Shown in pieces: positions 19,944 through 28,775 of a stretch of DNA of 64,000 nucleotides. Source of the stretch: an uncultured virus (IMG/VR IMGVR_UViG_3300030328_001585) (taxonomy: Duplodnaviria > Heunggongvirae > Uroviricota > Caudoviricetes); the IMG/VR virus record IMGVR_UViG_3300030328_001585; one strand, written 5' to 3'. Numbering within the stretch: the stretch's first letter is position 1; each line of letters begins with the position of its first letter. The position numbers and the translations under genes are program-made. The notes below the pieces were generated by a model that worked only from the letters and a program-made list of their open reading frames with translations, ran no database searches and was not told the origin of the DNA.

Positions 19944-22133
19944 TTATTTATAATTCTTAAAACCAGATCTCTTAATGTTTCTTGTAGAGTTGCGTTTTCC
20001 ACGTCCAATATTTTTGAACGGACTATACTTTAATTTATACAAATTTTCTGTATTTACCAAAGATTTAGCCTCTGATTCACGTCTTTTAGAGTATCCTCTA
20101 TTAGATTGTTGTATTTTTACAAAAGCAATCAATGCACCAAACGCAACTAACCTATCCACGTTAAGGCCAGGATAATAGGCTAACATTTCTTTTAAAAGCA
20201 TAGGATCTGGAATTCTTTCTACACCTAATGTTTGTGACATTACATTTCCACTATCATCTAAATCTTCATTAATTACTTCTCTAATAAATTCTATAGCATA
20301 AGAAATTAAATGACTCTTAAATAATGTTCCTGTATTTTTCCAACCATATTCTTGATAAACTGTTCTATTAGATCCTAAATCTTTTAGAAATAATATTTGT
20401 TGTTTAGGTACTAAAAATCTTTGTTTTTTTCTAGCAATCATATGTTGAATAAACAAAGAAATATTATTCTCTACTAATGTCCAAGCATTGTACCATTCTA
20501 TCAATAATTCTAATCTTTCATGAGTTTTATTAATATCATCAAATCTACCACACCATGCTGCTACAATCTTATCCTTCTCAATAAACTGTTCTGTATCTCC
20601 TGCTTCAGTGGTTCTGGTTACTTCCACTGCATTCTTATATACAAAGATACTACATAATGAATCTGATGTTGTAGTTTTTCCTTCTGACACAGGGTCAATA
20701 GATGCATAGTATGCACCAAACTCAGGACGTTTAGATGCAGGTCTTTCCCATACAACTATACTTCCTGTTTTATCATGTTGTTTTTTATCTACTGGGAATT
20801 TTGAAATAGGTAACTTAGAAGTTCTTTTAGCTATAATTCCTTCTTGGTCTCTATCTAATTCTATCAGTTCATAGGAGTATTCTTTCTCTTCAACTTTTTT
20901 AAGTTGCTTTGTAAGTATGCCTTGTGGAAAAATTGATGCTTTTCTATATGCAAAAGCTTCAGCAATATTTAATGGCTTTTGTGATATTCTTAATTGAAAT
21001 TGTTCTCCATTTAGTTCATTCTTCCAACGTTCTCTTTCAAGATGTATAGCTTTAATAGCTTCTTCAATTTGTGAGTTTCCATATTGATCAATGTATGGTG
21101 GCATAGACCATTGCTCAGGTATAAATAAACCAGCCATACCTATTGTTCCGTCAGCATCTATTAGATCAGTTTCTACTGCATAAATATCATTTGATTCAGG
21201 ACTCATGATCATATCCTTTAATGGTTTACATTGATCTAAATCACCCACTGATCCTGCAGCAATAAACATTCCTGTAGTCATCATTCCAGATGACATAGCA
21301 GGACGGAGATATTCATAAGTTTCTAACATTTTAGGAGCAATACCGGCCTCTTCATGAAAGAAGTATGTACATGGTCCACCAACTCCTGTTGTTGCATTTT
21401 TTTCAAAAGATCCTCCTTGTATTTTAGACTTAAGACCTCTAGCAGTTTTTCTATTACCAACTTTAACCTCTATTTGTTGTTGCCATAATAAAACCTTTTC
21501 AGGATTACTAGGTCTATACCATGCAGTATGTTCATTTAAAAATATTTTATATTCTTCTAAAAACTTCCAAGATCCTTTATCATTTATAAAGTCTTTTAAA
21601 GAAGCACCTATCTTACATGTACTACCTTCTTCAAACCAATAAGTATTAATAATTTTTCCCATATGAAAATATGAGGAAGCAATCTGACGTTTTTTAAGTA
21701 TAGCTGCATGTTGATTATTTAATTCTGCTAACCATTCATATAATGCCATATGATATTGAGCATCTCTAACTTTAGCAAAACCATACTTCTTCTCTTCTTT
21801 ATCAAATATAGGTAAGAAATTTAACCACATGTAATAATCTCTAGTAATATACCAAGTTTTATCTCCCTCTTTATATATTACTCCATTTCTACATTTAACT
21901 TTTTGGTCATCCCAATAAGCAGTAAAGTCCTTAGATCTAAAAGGACTATTGCAGTATACACCATCTGTATTAAATCTAGTGGCTTCTTCATTAAATTTAA
22001 AAGCCATCTCAGTGAATCCATATTTACCTGGTTCACTAAAGATGGACTCAATAAACTCTCTAAATTCTAAGTCATCTTTAAATTCAGTAGTTGTCCATGT
22101 ATCATTGTCATATGTAGGTATAACCCTACTCAT
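19944..22133 (-). CDS. terL: Terminase large subunit
   Basis: Walker A-like LKKRQIASSY, Walker B FFHEEAG, RNase H-like 'ASIDPV' and C-terminal 'NVDRLVA'. Confidence 0.9.
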   Translation of the reverse strand: MSRVIPTYDNDTWTTTEFKDDLEFREFIESIFSEPGKYGFTEMAFKFNEEATRFNTDGVYCNSPFRSKDFTAYWDDQKVKCRNGVIYKEGDKTWYITRDYYMWLNFLPIFDKEEKKYGFAKVRDAQYHMALYEWLAELNNQHAAILKKRQIASSYFHMGKIINTYWFEEGSTCKIGASLKDFINDKGSWKFLEEYKIFLNEHTAWYRPSNPEKVLLWQQQIEVKVGNRKTARGLKSKIQGGSFEKNATTGVGGPCTYFFHEEAGIAPKMLETYEYLRPAMSSGMMTTGMFIAAGSVGDLDQCKPLKDMIMSPESNDIYAVETDLIDADGTIGMAGLFIPEQWSMPPYIDQYGNSQIEEAIKAIHLERERWKNELNGEQFQLRISQKPLNIAEAFAYRKASIFPQGILTKQLKKVEEKEYSYELIELDRDQEGIIAKRTSKLPISKFPVDKKQHDKTGSIVVWERPASKRPEFGAYYASIDPVSEGKTTTSDSLCSIFVYKNAVEVTRTTEAGDTEQFIEKDKIVAAWCGRFDDINKTHERLELLIEWYNAWTLVENNISLFIQHMIARKKQRFLVPKQQILFLKDLGSNRTVYQEYGWKNTGTLFKSHLISYAIEFIREVINEDLDDSGNVMSQTLGVERIPDPMLLKEMLAYYPGLNVDRLVAFGALIAFVKIQQSNRGYSKRRESEAKSLVNTENLYKLKYSPFKNIGRGKRNSTRNIKRSGFKNYK

Positions 22134-22401
22134 CCCTTAGTATTGCAAATACATCACCTGATTGTACTAAAAGATGTTCTTCACCTTCATGCTCCATAGG
22201 AGTTGGCATAGCATAATCAGCATATTGAACTATATCACCTATTTTAATTTCTTTAACTTCTGCTCCAACACCTACTACTGTTCCTTTATATTCTTTCTTT
22301 TGAGCTATCTCAGGAATAATAATTCCTGATGCAGTTTTAGTTGCAACTTTCCATTTCTTTAATAGTAGTTTCTTACCTACTGGTATTACTTTTATACTCA
22401 T
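22126..22401 (-). CDS. groES: Co-chaperonin GroES (Cpn10)
   Basis: KTASGIIIP mobile loop, GTVVGVG and IKIGDIV; 91 aa. Confidence 0.9.
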   Translation of the reverse strand: MSIKVIPVGKKLLLKKWKVATKTASGIIIPEIAQKKEYKGTVVGVGAEVKEIKIGDIVQYADYAMPTPMEHEGEEHLLVQSGDVFAILRDE

Positions 22402-22420
22402 CTTAAATTGATTTTAATTA

Positions 22421-22939
22421 TTATAATTGGTCATAAGCTAATCCTGCACCACCACGTACAGAGCTTTCTTGTTCTTGTCTCATATCTGTATATGCACCTT
22501 TATATGATTGTCTAATATTCTCAAATTTTGCAGCAGCATTAATCATTGAGTTCATATTTCCATCTCTACCATGTTCAATGGGAGTAACCTCCATATACTT
22601 GGCTAATCTATCTAACATTGCTTTAATACCAACATAAGCTCTATAGGTAGGTGTCTCATACATTTTTTTACACATATCTAAAGCATATCTTATTTTACCA
22701 TCTTCTGGAGATTCTTCTAATTCTATTTCCTCAATTATAATATCTTCCTTTTCATGTTCTGGTAAATTAAAAAAAGGATTTAAATCTGGATCAGGACAAG
22801 ACATATAAAAAACATATTGGAATACTTGCATATGAGTATCAGGATATTCAGTCATGATCTTTTTCAAAAAAGGTAGTGCATAACAATGCTCTGTTAATAC
22901 TAGCTTACTATTTTGTATATCAAATAATTTTACAATCAT
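22421..22939 (-). CDS. Conserved hypothetical protein, possibly terminase small subunit
   Basis: 172-aa helical protein two genes upstream of TerL; the TerS assignment is positional inference only. Confidence 0.55.
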   Translation of the reverse strand: MIVKLFDIQNSKLVLTEHCYALPFLKKIMTEYPDTHMQVFQYVFYMSCPDPDLNPFFNLPEHEKEDIIIEEIELEESPEDGKIRYALDMCKKMYETPTYRAYVGIKAMLDRLAKYMEVTPIEHGRDGNMNSMINAAAKFENIRQSYKGAYTDMRQEQESSVRGGAGLAYDQL

Positions 22940-23181
22940 GCTATCTGTTTTTTAAATTTTTTATAAGCTATTTGTAGTACTATAGGTTTTTCTGCTCCTT
23001 TCATTAGTACTTCAGTATAATCATCTTGAAATGCTTCTCTTCCTGGATGGAAGTATTGTTTAAAATATGCTATATCATCAAGATCAATAGTTACCAGTGT
23101 CATATAAAACTGAAAATCAGTTGGTATCTTTGATGTCTTAGACTGGATTGGTACTGCGGCTGTAAATTCTTTTAATTTCAT
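22936..23181 (-). CDS. Hypothetical protein
   Basis: 81-aa ORF with 4-bp overlaps on both sides. Confidence 0.7.
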   Translation of the reverse strand: MKLKEFTAAVPIQSKTSKIPTDFQFYMTLVTIDLDDIAYFKQYFHPGREAFQDDYTEVLMKGAEKPIVLQIAYKKFKKQIA

Positions 23182-23990
23182 TGGTTATCTTTTATCCACA
23201 TCATCAAAGATCTTACTTCATCTTTTAGATATGGGAGTTCATACATTTTTATTTCTTCTAATACGGGTTCTCCATCTATGTGTTCATTGATAGGATATCC
23301 GTTCTTATCTGTTCCTACTTGTTTAAATTTAACATGTTGGATACTTAATTTACCTATCTTCAGTTTAGGGTTATGCTTTTTAATAATATACGCATAAATA
23401 CTGAGTTGTAAATTATAATGATTCAAATTACAATCATCTAAGTGATTTACTGGTCTAAACATTTTGTTAGTTATACCTTCCCAATTAGTAAATCCTTTTT
23501 CTTTTATTTCTTTATTAGTTTTATAATCTGTAATATTTATATGACCATTTACTACTTCCACTAAATCAGCTTGACCACATATCCCCACAGATTTTAAATA
23601 AACTAAATGTTCAGGATAAACTCCTTCTTGAAGTTTTTGTGTAGGTGCAATCTTTAATCCATTTTCATCTACTATTGGTTTTATTATAGGTACTTCAGTT
23701 CCATGTCTTTGTATTGTATTAAATTCCATCATATCAGCTTCTCTTTGATTATGATAAAAATTTCCTAATGTAATTGCTCTTTGTGTTTCACCATCCCATG
23801 CAGCAATAATTTCTTTAGGAGTCATTCCATACCATTTGGATCTTTTGTTTTTTGAGGATTTAACAGCTTGTCCATCTCTGTCAAATTTTGGTTTGAATTT
23901 AGCTACAAGTCCTGTAACACTTACCCATGATATTTTATCCTGGTCATTGCTCTCATAGACATGTCCTTTCTCTTTAAATACTACTGCCAT
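23178..23990 (-). CDS. PD-(D/E)XK nuclease
   Basis: 'EHLVY...GQADLV...ITDYKT...YNLQLSIY' motifs. Confidence 0.85.
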   Translation of the reverse strand: MAVVFKEKGHVYESNDQDKISWVSVTGLVAKFKPKFDRDGQAVKSSKNKRSKWYGMTPKEIIAAWDGETQRAITLGNFYHNQREADMMEFNTIQRHGTEVPIIKPIVDENGLKIAPTQKLQEGVYPEHLVYLKSVGICGQADLVEVVNGHINITDYKTNKEIKEKGFTNWEGITNKMFRPVNHLDDCNLNHYNLQLSIYAYIIKKHNPKLKIGKLSIQHVKFKQVGTDKNGYPINEHIDGEPVLEEIKMYELPYLKDEVRSLMMWIKDNQ

Positions 23991-24079
23991 TACATTCAGT
24001 TTTTAAATTATTAGTATCTGTAGTACACCAAATCATATTTAGTGTTCCTACTATTGTACTATTTTCAGTTATGATATAT

Positions 24080-24412
24080 TTATTTGTTTCCATTTTTTTC
24101 TATTTGATCAATGATTTTATTTTCTGTTTCTTCATCCATGTATGACTTCCAATATCCTTTTGGACATTCTGAAGATAATGATCTCACCTTAAAAGATAAA
24201 CTACATCCACAGTCTGAACAACATGGTTGTGTTCCTGGAGCTAAACAACTTTCTCCAAATGCATCAAACAATGAACATTTAATACATTCTTGATATCTAT
24301 CTGTTGCTACAGCTTCTACATGTTCTTTCTTAAAGATATTATTAGTAATACCTTCAGCAATCTGATCAATATTTTTAAATGCTCCTAAAAGTTTTTGTAA
24401 ATTATTGGCCAT
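24080..24412 (-). CDS. Cys-rich zinc-binding hypothetical protein (DUF6171-like)
   Basis: R...CxxC...C..CGC...K...CPxGxW pattern. Confidence 0.7.
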   Translation of the reverse strand: MANNLQKLLGAFKNIDQIAEGITNNIFKKEHVEAVATDRYQECIKCSLFDAFGESCLAPGTQPCCSDCGCSLSFKVRSLSSECPKGYWKSYMDEETENKIIDQIEKNGNK

Positions 24413-24767
24413 TCTTTTTCTTTTTAAATTCTTTTTTTGCTAATATACTTTTCTCTAGCTGCTTCATAGCTCTTTCCATATTATTAATATTACGTTGTAT
24501 GTCTTCACTTTTAGCAAAACCATTATATGTTCTTTTTGCTATGTTCCCTAACATACTTTTATTCTTCTTAATAGATTTATCTAGTTTAGATTTTCTTAAA
24601 ACAAATGTTCCTAATCCATCTACTTGAATTCTGGGATAATCTAATTCAGATAATTTTTTTCTTAATTTTGCATAATAAAAAGCTATAAAATCATCTACAA
24701 CTGATGGATGAACTCCAACCTCTTCTGCTATTCCTTCTTTAAATTCTTTATGCTTCTTGGGATTCAT
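24402..24767 (-). CDS. HU/IHF-like DNA-binding protein
   Basis: 'IAEEVGV...RIQVDGLGTFVLR' HU signature; basic. Such genes are typical of crAss-like late regions. Confidence 0.7.
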   Translation of the reverse strand: MNPKKHKEFKEGIAEEVGVHPSVVDDFIAFYYAKLRKKLSELDYPRIQVDGLGTFVLRKSKLDKSIKKNKSMLGNIAKRTYNGFAKSEDIQRNINNMERAMKQLEKSILAKKEFKKKKNGQ

Positions 24768-25119
24768 TACCTAATATTTTATAATCCAATAATACTAAGC
24801 CACTGTTCTGTATATCCATATCTTTGTTAATAGATATAGTTTTTTTATTATTACCTTTCTTCTCCAATAAACCTTTCTTGGCTGCTTTAGTTATTGCATT
24901 CCTAGCTGATTGGGGACTTTTAAATATATTCTTATTAACTAACTCTATGCAGAATTTAGTAAGTTCAATATTATCTCTTTTAGATAATTCCATTAAGAAT
25001 TTTAAATCAGAATTAGTTATAACTATATCTTTAAAGAAACAGTATGTCATAATCTGATACATAATAGACTGATCTAAATCTACTTTTAATTTTAAATCTA
25101 CTTTATTTACTAATGCCAT
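24748..25119 (-). CDS. Hypothetical protein, possibly winged HTH
   Basis: 123 aa; 'SPQSARNAITKAAKKGLLEK' helix-wing-like segment. Confidence 0.6.
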   Translation of the reverse strand: MALVNKVDLKLKVDLDQSIMYQIMTYCFFKDIVITNSDLKFLMELSKRDNIELTKFCIELVNKNIFKSPQSARNAITKAAKKGLLEKKGNNKKTISINKDMDIQNSGLVLLDYKILGNESQEA

Positions 25120-25120
25120 A

Positions 25121-26041
25121 TTATAAACTCATTATCATATCTACCAAATCAGGATGAGGATAACAATCTGACTTATCCTTTCTTACATTGGTATGGGTTA
25201 ATAGGCCTTCTACTTTACCATAGAAAGCATTTTCTTGAAATTCAAATCCTTTTTGTGGTCCATATTTTTGAATGAATTGTTTTAATCCTAATCTTATATC
25301 TATTCCATCTCTTTCACCTATATATCTGATCCACTTTTCTGTTTCTTTAATTTGTTTTTCAGTATATGCATGCCAATACAACTTACCTTTAAAGGCTTCA
25401 GGAAGTTCACATACTTGATCTGGATGACATTGAGATCTTACATATGTTTTATGATCATTATCTAAATAACCCATATTACATATTTCTAATCCTACAGAAT
25501 GTCTATTCATAAATCCTGATCCTGTTTTTCCTAAATGCCATCCTTGAGCTCCTTCTGGAAAAGCTTGAACCATAACTCCATCATATTCATCATTACCATT
25601 CCTATGATTTTGTCCACCTAATACAAATTCAGTGGCTATTCTTCCTCTAGTATCTCTTCCCCACATATCTATACAAGCATATGGGTTTGCATTTCCTGCA
25701 GTATGATGTAAGAAAATATATCTATTTTCAACTGGTCCATCAATATATTCTCCTTTAGGTAAAAAGTGTTTATGAATTATTTGATCATAATTAGTTGTAA
25801 AGTATTGACTAGATAAATCATTATCTTCATCTATAGTATCCATATGACTAGTTCCAACTTGCAATAGTAAGGTCCAAGTATCTGAACCTACTATTCCATC
25901 AGCTGTTAAACCATTAGTTAATTGAAATCTAATTACGTGTTTTTCTGTAACTGGTCCAAAATGCCCATCTGCTCTTAATCCTAATTTTTGTTGTAACTTT
26001 TGAACTTCACTATTCTTATCACCTTTTTTAAGCATTCTCAT
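25121..26041 (-). CDS. Endolysin: peptidoglycan-binding domain plus N-acetylmuramoyl-L-alanine amidase (Amidase_2)
   Basis: DGHFGPVTE...FQ...GLTADGIVG..TW binding domain; LHHTAG, SVGLEIC and THTNV..KSDC zinc-amidase motifs. Confidence 0.9.
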   Translation of the reverse strand: MRMLKKGDKNSEVQKLQQKLGLRADGHFGPVTEKHVIRFQLTNGLTADGIVGSDTWTLLLQVGTSHMDTIDEDNDLSSQYFTTNYDQIIHKHFLPKGEYIDGPVENRYIFLHHTAGNANPYACIDMWGRDTRGRIATEFVLGGQNHRNGNDEYDGVMVQAFPEGAQGWHLGKTGSGFMNRHSVGLEICNMGYLDNDHKTYVRSQCHPDQVCELPEAFKGKLYWHAYTEKQIKETEKWIRYIGERDGIDIRLGLKQFIQKYGPQKGFEFQENAFYGKVEGLLTHTNVRKDKSDCYPHPDLVDMIMSL

Positions 26042-26052
26042 AATTATCCTTT

Positions 26053-26367
26053 TTATTTTACTTGTTCTGCAGCTTTTTCCATTGCTTCTTTAAAAGCTTG
26101 AGCTTCTTCTGAGTTAGGATCTACACCTTTAGTTCCTTCTTGTTGTGCAGCATATGCTTGTGCTAAATACATTTGAGCTTGCATTCTCTTTGCTCTAGAC
26201 TCTTCAATATCACATAGTAATGCTTCATATTCTGCTTGTACTGTTAAATGTGGAATATTATCCTTATAGAACGAAGTGATTTCTTCTCTACGTTCTGATA
26301 GTTCTTCTTTACTCATTTTTTCTTGAGTAGGATCCGTATTAGGATCTAATTTTAATGTTCTTGCCAT
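26053..26367 (-). CDS. Hypothetical coiled-coil protein
   Basis: 104-aa ORF preceded by a TATATTTG element. Confidence 0.75.
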   Translation of the reverse strand: MARTLKLDPNTDPTQEKMSKEELSERREEITSFYKDNIPHLTVQAEYEALLCDIEESRAKRMQAQMYLAQAYAAQQEGTKGVDPNSEEAQAFKEAMEKAAEQVK

Positions 26368-26397
26368 TTGATTGATTTTTTTAATTAAACATATTTA

Positions 26398-26405
26398 CAA
26401 ATATA
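26398..26405 (-). promoter_or_regulatory. Bacteroidota-type -7 promoter element TATATTTG
   Basis: Matches the TAnnTTTG consensus, about 30 bp upstream of the start at 26367. Confidence 0.55.
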
Positions 26406-26449
26406 TATAAATAGTTTAAATAAAAAAAGTTTATAAGAAAATAATTTTA

Positions 26450-26779
26450 TTAGTCCTTTAAATTATATAGAGAATACTTTAAAGTAATTTCTTCACCCAT
26501 CTCTATTTTACGGAGAGTTTTTATTTTTTTATAGGTACAATCAGCATCATCTTCTACTAATTCACAATTAGCTTGATCCGAGTGATTTATAAACCCACCT
26601 AACGGAGTACGAATATAATCATGTTGAAATTCTGGATCATATATATGTGTAATACCCATATCTATTTCAGCAGGGATATCTTCTCTTGCAAAGATACCAG
26701 CACCATGTATGTCAGAAGGACCTATTGAAAGATATTCTGGTAATGGTTTATAAGGTTTTTTCTTTTCCATATGACTCAA
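26450..26779 (-). CDS. Stand-alone SET-domain protein (putative protein-lysine methyltransferase)
   Basis: SxIHGxGIFA, FINHSxxxNC and GEEITLKY SET motifs. Confidence 0.85.
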   Translation of the reverse strand: MSHMEKKKPYKPLPEYLSIGPSDIHGAGIFAREDIPAEIDMGITHIYDPEFQHDYIRTPLGGFINHSDQANCELVEDDADCTYKKIKTLRKIEMGEEITLKYSLYNLKD

Positions 26780-26963
26780 GTGTTTTTTGTTTAAACTCTT
26801 TCCAAGTTTTTACTTGGTCTTTCATACTTCTATTCCTATTGTACTGGTCTACATACCAGTTTCTATCTCTTTCCATATATTCATCATCTATTACTGGAGC
26901 ATTTTTAATCTCATATGCAATCCATATCCAAAGTAAAACAAATATTATTCCTCCTATTATCAT
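26748..26963 (-). CDS. Small membrane-anchored protein
   Basis: Likely start at ATG 26963 (ATGA overlap with the upstream stop); N-terminal TM helix MIIGGIIFVLLWIWIAY. Confidence 0.65.
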   Translation of the reverse strand: MIIGGIIFVLLWIWIAYEIKNAPVIDDEYMERDRNWYVDQYNRNRSMKDQVKTWKEFKQKTLESYGKEKTL

Positions 26964-27265
26964 GAGTCTGTACATAAGTCTCCACAATCTATTGCATTCA
27001 CCCATGATCTAAGGGTTACTAGTGTTTCAGTACAATAGATTGGATAAGTTAAACCTTCATAAAAGATAGCACGTGCAGCAGTTACTACATTACCATCAAC
27101 TATATCAACGAATTCTCCTACACCAGTAATCCTATTTTTATCTATAGTGGCAGCCGCCTGCTTAGTGTAAAGAGACGTAATAACGCCTGTATCACTTACT
27201 GTTTGAGTTCTAAATACCTGGGTGATATTTACCCAATCCGTTTTATATATAGGTATATTTGCCAT
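26960..27265 (-). CDS. Hypothetical protein
   Basis: 101-aa ORF in the operon. Confidence 0.65.
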   Translation of the reverse strand: MANIPIYKTDWVNITQVFRTQTVSDTGVITSLYTKQAAATIDKNRITGVGEFVDIVDGNVVTAARAIFYEGLTYPIYCTETLVTLRSWVNAIDCGDLCTDS

Positions 27266-27287
27266 ATTAAGCGTTTACGGTTATCTT

Positions 27288-27605
27288 TTAAGCTTCAAAA
27301 TTTGGATACGTTTCATCCATTATCTTTTGTAATTTAGCACATTTCTCATATGCCTCATAATCTATGAAGTGATATATCATATTTTCTAATTGTTCTTTTG
27401 TAGGCCCCGCTTCCGGATCATACGCCATTACGGCTTCATGACCGGTGTCAAATTTATGACTTAACAATTCATCAAAAGTGATCTCATTAGTTAATACTAA
27501 ATAAGAGTTATTAAAAGCTGTATCAAGTATTATTTGATCTAGTTGTAATTGTTCCATTTCTGTGAGACCATTGTCGTGTTCAGGCTCATCTTTCCAGTTT
27601 GACAT
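27288..27605 (-). CDS. Hypothetical protein with UVR-like C-terminal motif
   Basis: 'EAYEKCAKLQ' resembles the ExYExAAxL UVR motif; first gene of the leftward arm. Confidence 0.7.
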   Translation of the reverse strand: MSNWKDEPEHDNGLTEMEQLQLDQIILDTAFNNSYLVLTNEITFDELLSHKFDTGHEAVMAYDPEAGPTKEQLENMIYHFIDYEAYEKCAKLQKIMDETYPNFEA

Positions 27606-27843
27606 AGTAAATTAATTTTTAGTTACACTCCATTTATAAGAACAATATACTAAAATTTAAAGTCCCAAAAAAATAAATTGCACTCAACCTTCCCCCCACC
27701 TGATTAAAAAAAATTTACCACCCCTACCCAAAAGTTGTGTGTTTTACGTGCTTGAAAGGTTCTTACAATTTGCTCCCCAACTTTTTTTTGTGGTTGGGGA
27801 ACCCCCCGTAATAATCCACAACAACCATTTAAAATATAGAAAA

Positions 27844-28173
27844 ATGGCTTACTTACACAAAATCAATCAAGGAGTGCGTGCAGACGGTACCACTTACAAA
27901 ACAATCATTGTATCAGACAAACCATCAGGTTCTTCTGCAATTACAATTGGTTCTCAAACAGTTCAAATGGGAAACAATGCTAATGCAAGGTATGGTATCT
28001 ATAGCCCAAAGACTGAAGATAACAAACCAATGAATGCTGATAATCCTTTTTGGGATACTTTTGAAAAAGAGTTCAAACCAGGAGATGAGATACCTGCGTT
28101 AGTAGTTGGAGATACTAACTTCACATTTAGTGACGGTACTGTGAGTGATAACTTATTCTACTGCAAAGCGTAG
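27844..28173 (+). CDS. First gene of the rightward (early) arm, hypothetical
   Basis: ATG at 27844 after an A-rich leader (MAYLHKINQG...); followed by a terminator. Confidence 0.75.
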   Translation: MAYLHKINQGVRADGTTYKTIIVSDKPSGSSAITIGSQTVQMGNNANARYGIYSPKTEDNKPMNADNPFWDTFEKEFKPGDEIPALVVGDTNFTFSDGTVSDNLFYCKA

Positions 28174-28182
28174 ATTAAGAAC

Positions 28183-28212
28183 AGAGAGAAGGGTGCAATG
28201 CCCTTCTTCTCT
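28183..28212 (+). terminator. Intrinsic terminator
   Basis: AGAGAGAAGGG-TGCAATG-CCCTTCTTCTCT followed by a pyrimidine tract. Confidence 0.7.
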
Positions 28213-28651
28213 TTCCTTTCTTTAACATAAGGTATACTTTCCCAACCGGATTGTATAGCTTCTCACTCTTTTCTCTCTTTCTTCCTACTATTTGCTCCCA
28301 ATCTTATAATTGTGGTCCAAACTCAAGGAAAAAAAAGAAAAATGTATTTAAATGTGTGTGTCATTTAATATATGTGGCCTCAATACCCACTAATTACCAC
28401 CTTTTACCACACAATAATATTCACAGCTACTTATAATATAAACATAGCTAACACTGCTATAACTAAGAGTAGACACTCACAAGCAAAAGTATGGTACACA
28501 TACAACTTGAGTTATAGTGGTCTAGCTTGTTTCTTCTATAGGATAAGCATAGTACCCGGAATATTAAAAGAATATAGAAAGGCTGTACATATAGTCAAGT
28601 AATATTGGCAACAGCGTATACCTGAGCAAGTAGACAAACTGCTTAAAATAT

Positions 28652-28744
28652 CTATAATAACTTAAAACCGCTAGCACAAATGCCACTGTTGATAAGGCAT
28701 GAGGTTAGTGTCAACCATATGGTTTGAAGCCCTTGTTATTATAG
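28652..28744 (+). ncRNA. Candidate structured RNA (nested stems plus pseudoknot)
   Basis: Pairings 28652-61/28735-44, 28665-70/28720-25, 28671-75/28704-08 and 28680-84/28696-700; loop 28688-94 is complementary to 28709-15. Confidence 0.5.
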
Positions 28745-28775
28745 TATAATTAATAACCACTTAACCTTTAAACAA

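Noticed and set aside
28251..28602. ORFs 28251-28436 and 28372-28602
   Set aside because: Poor start context, low-complexity composition and mutual overlap; the region looks non-coding.
28680..28700. GCCACTG...AAGGC resembling a cobalamin riboswitch element
   Set aside because: The other conserved parts (GGGAA, B12 box, four-way junction) are absent.
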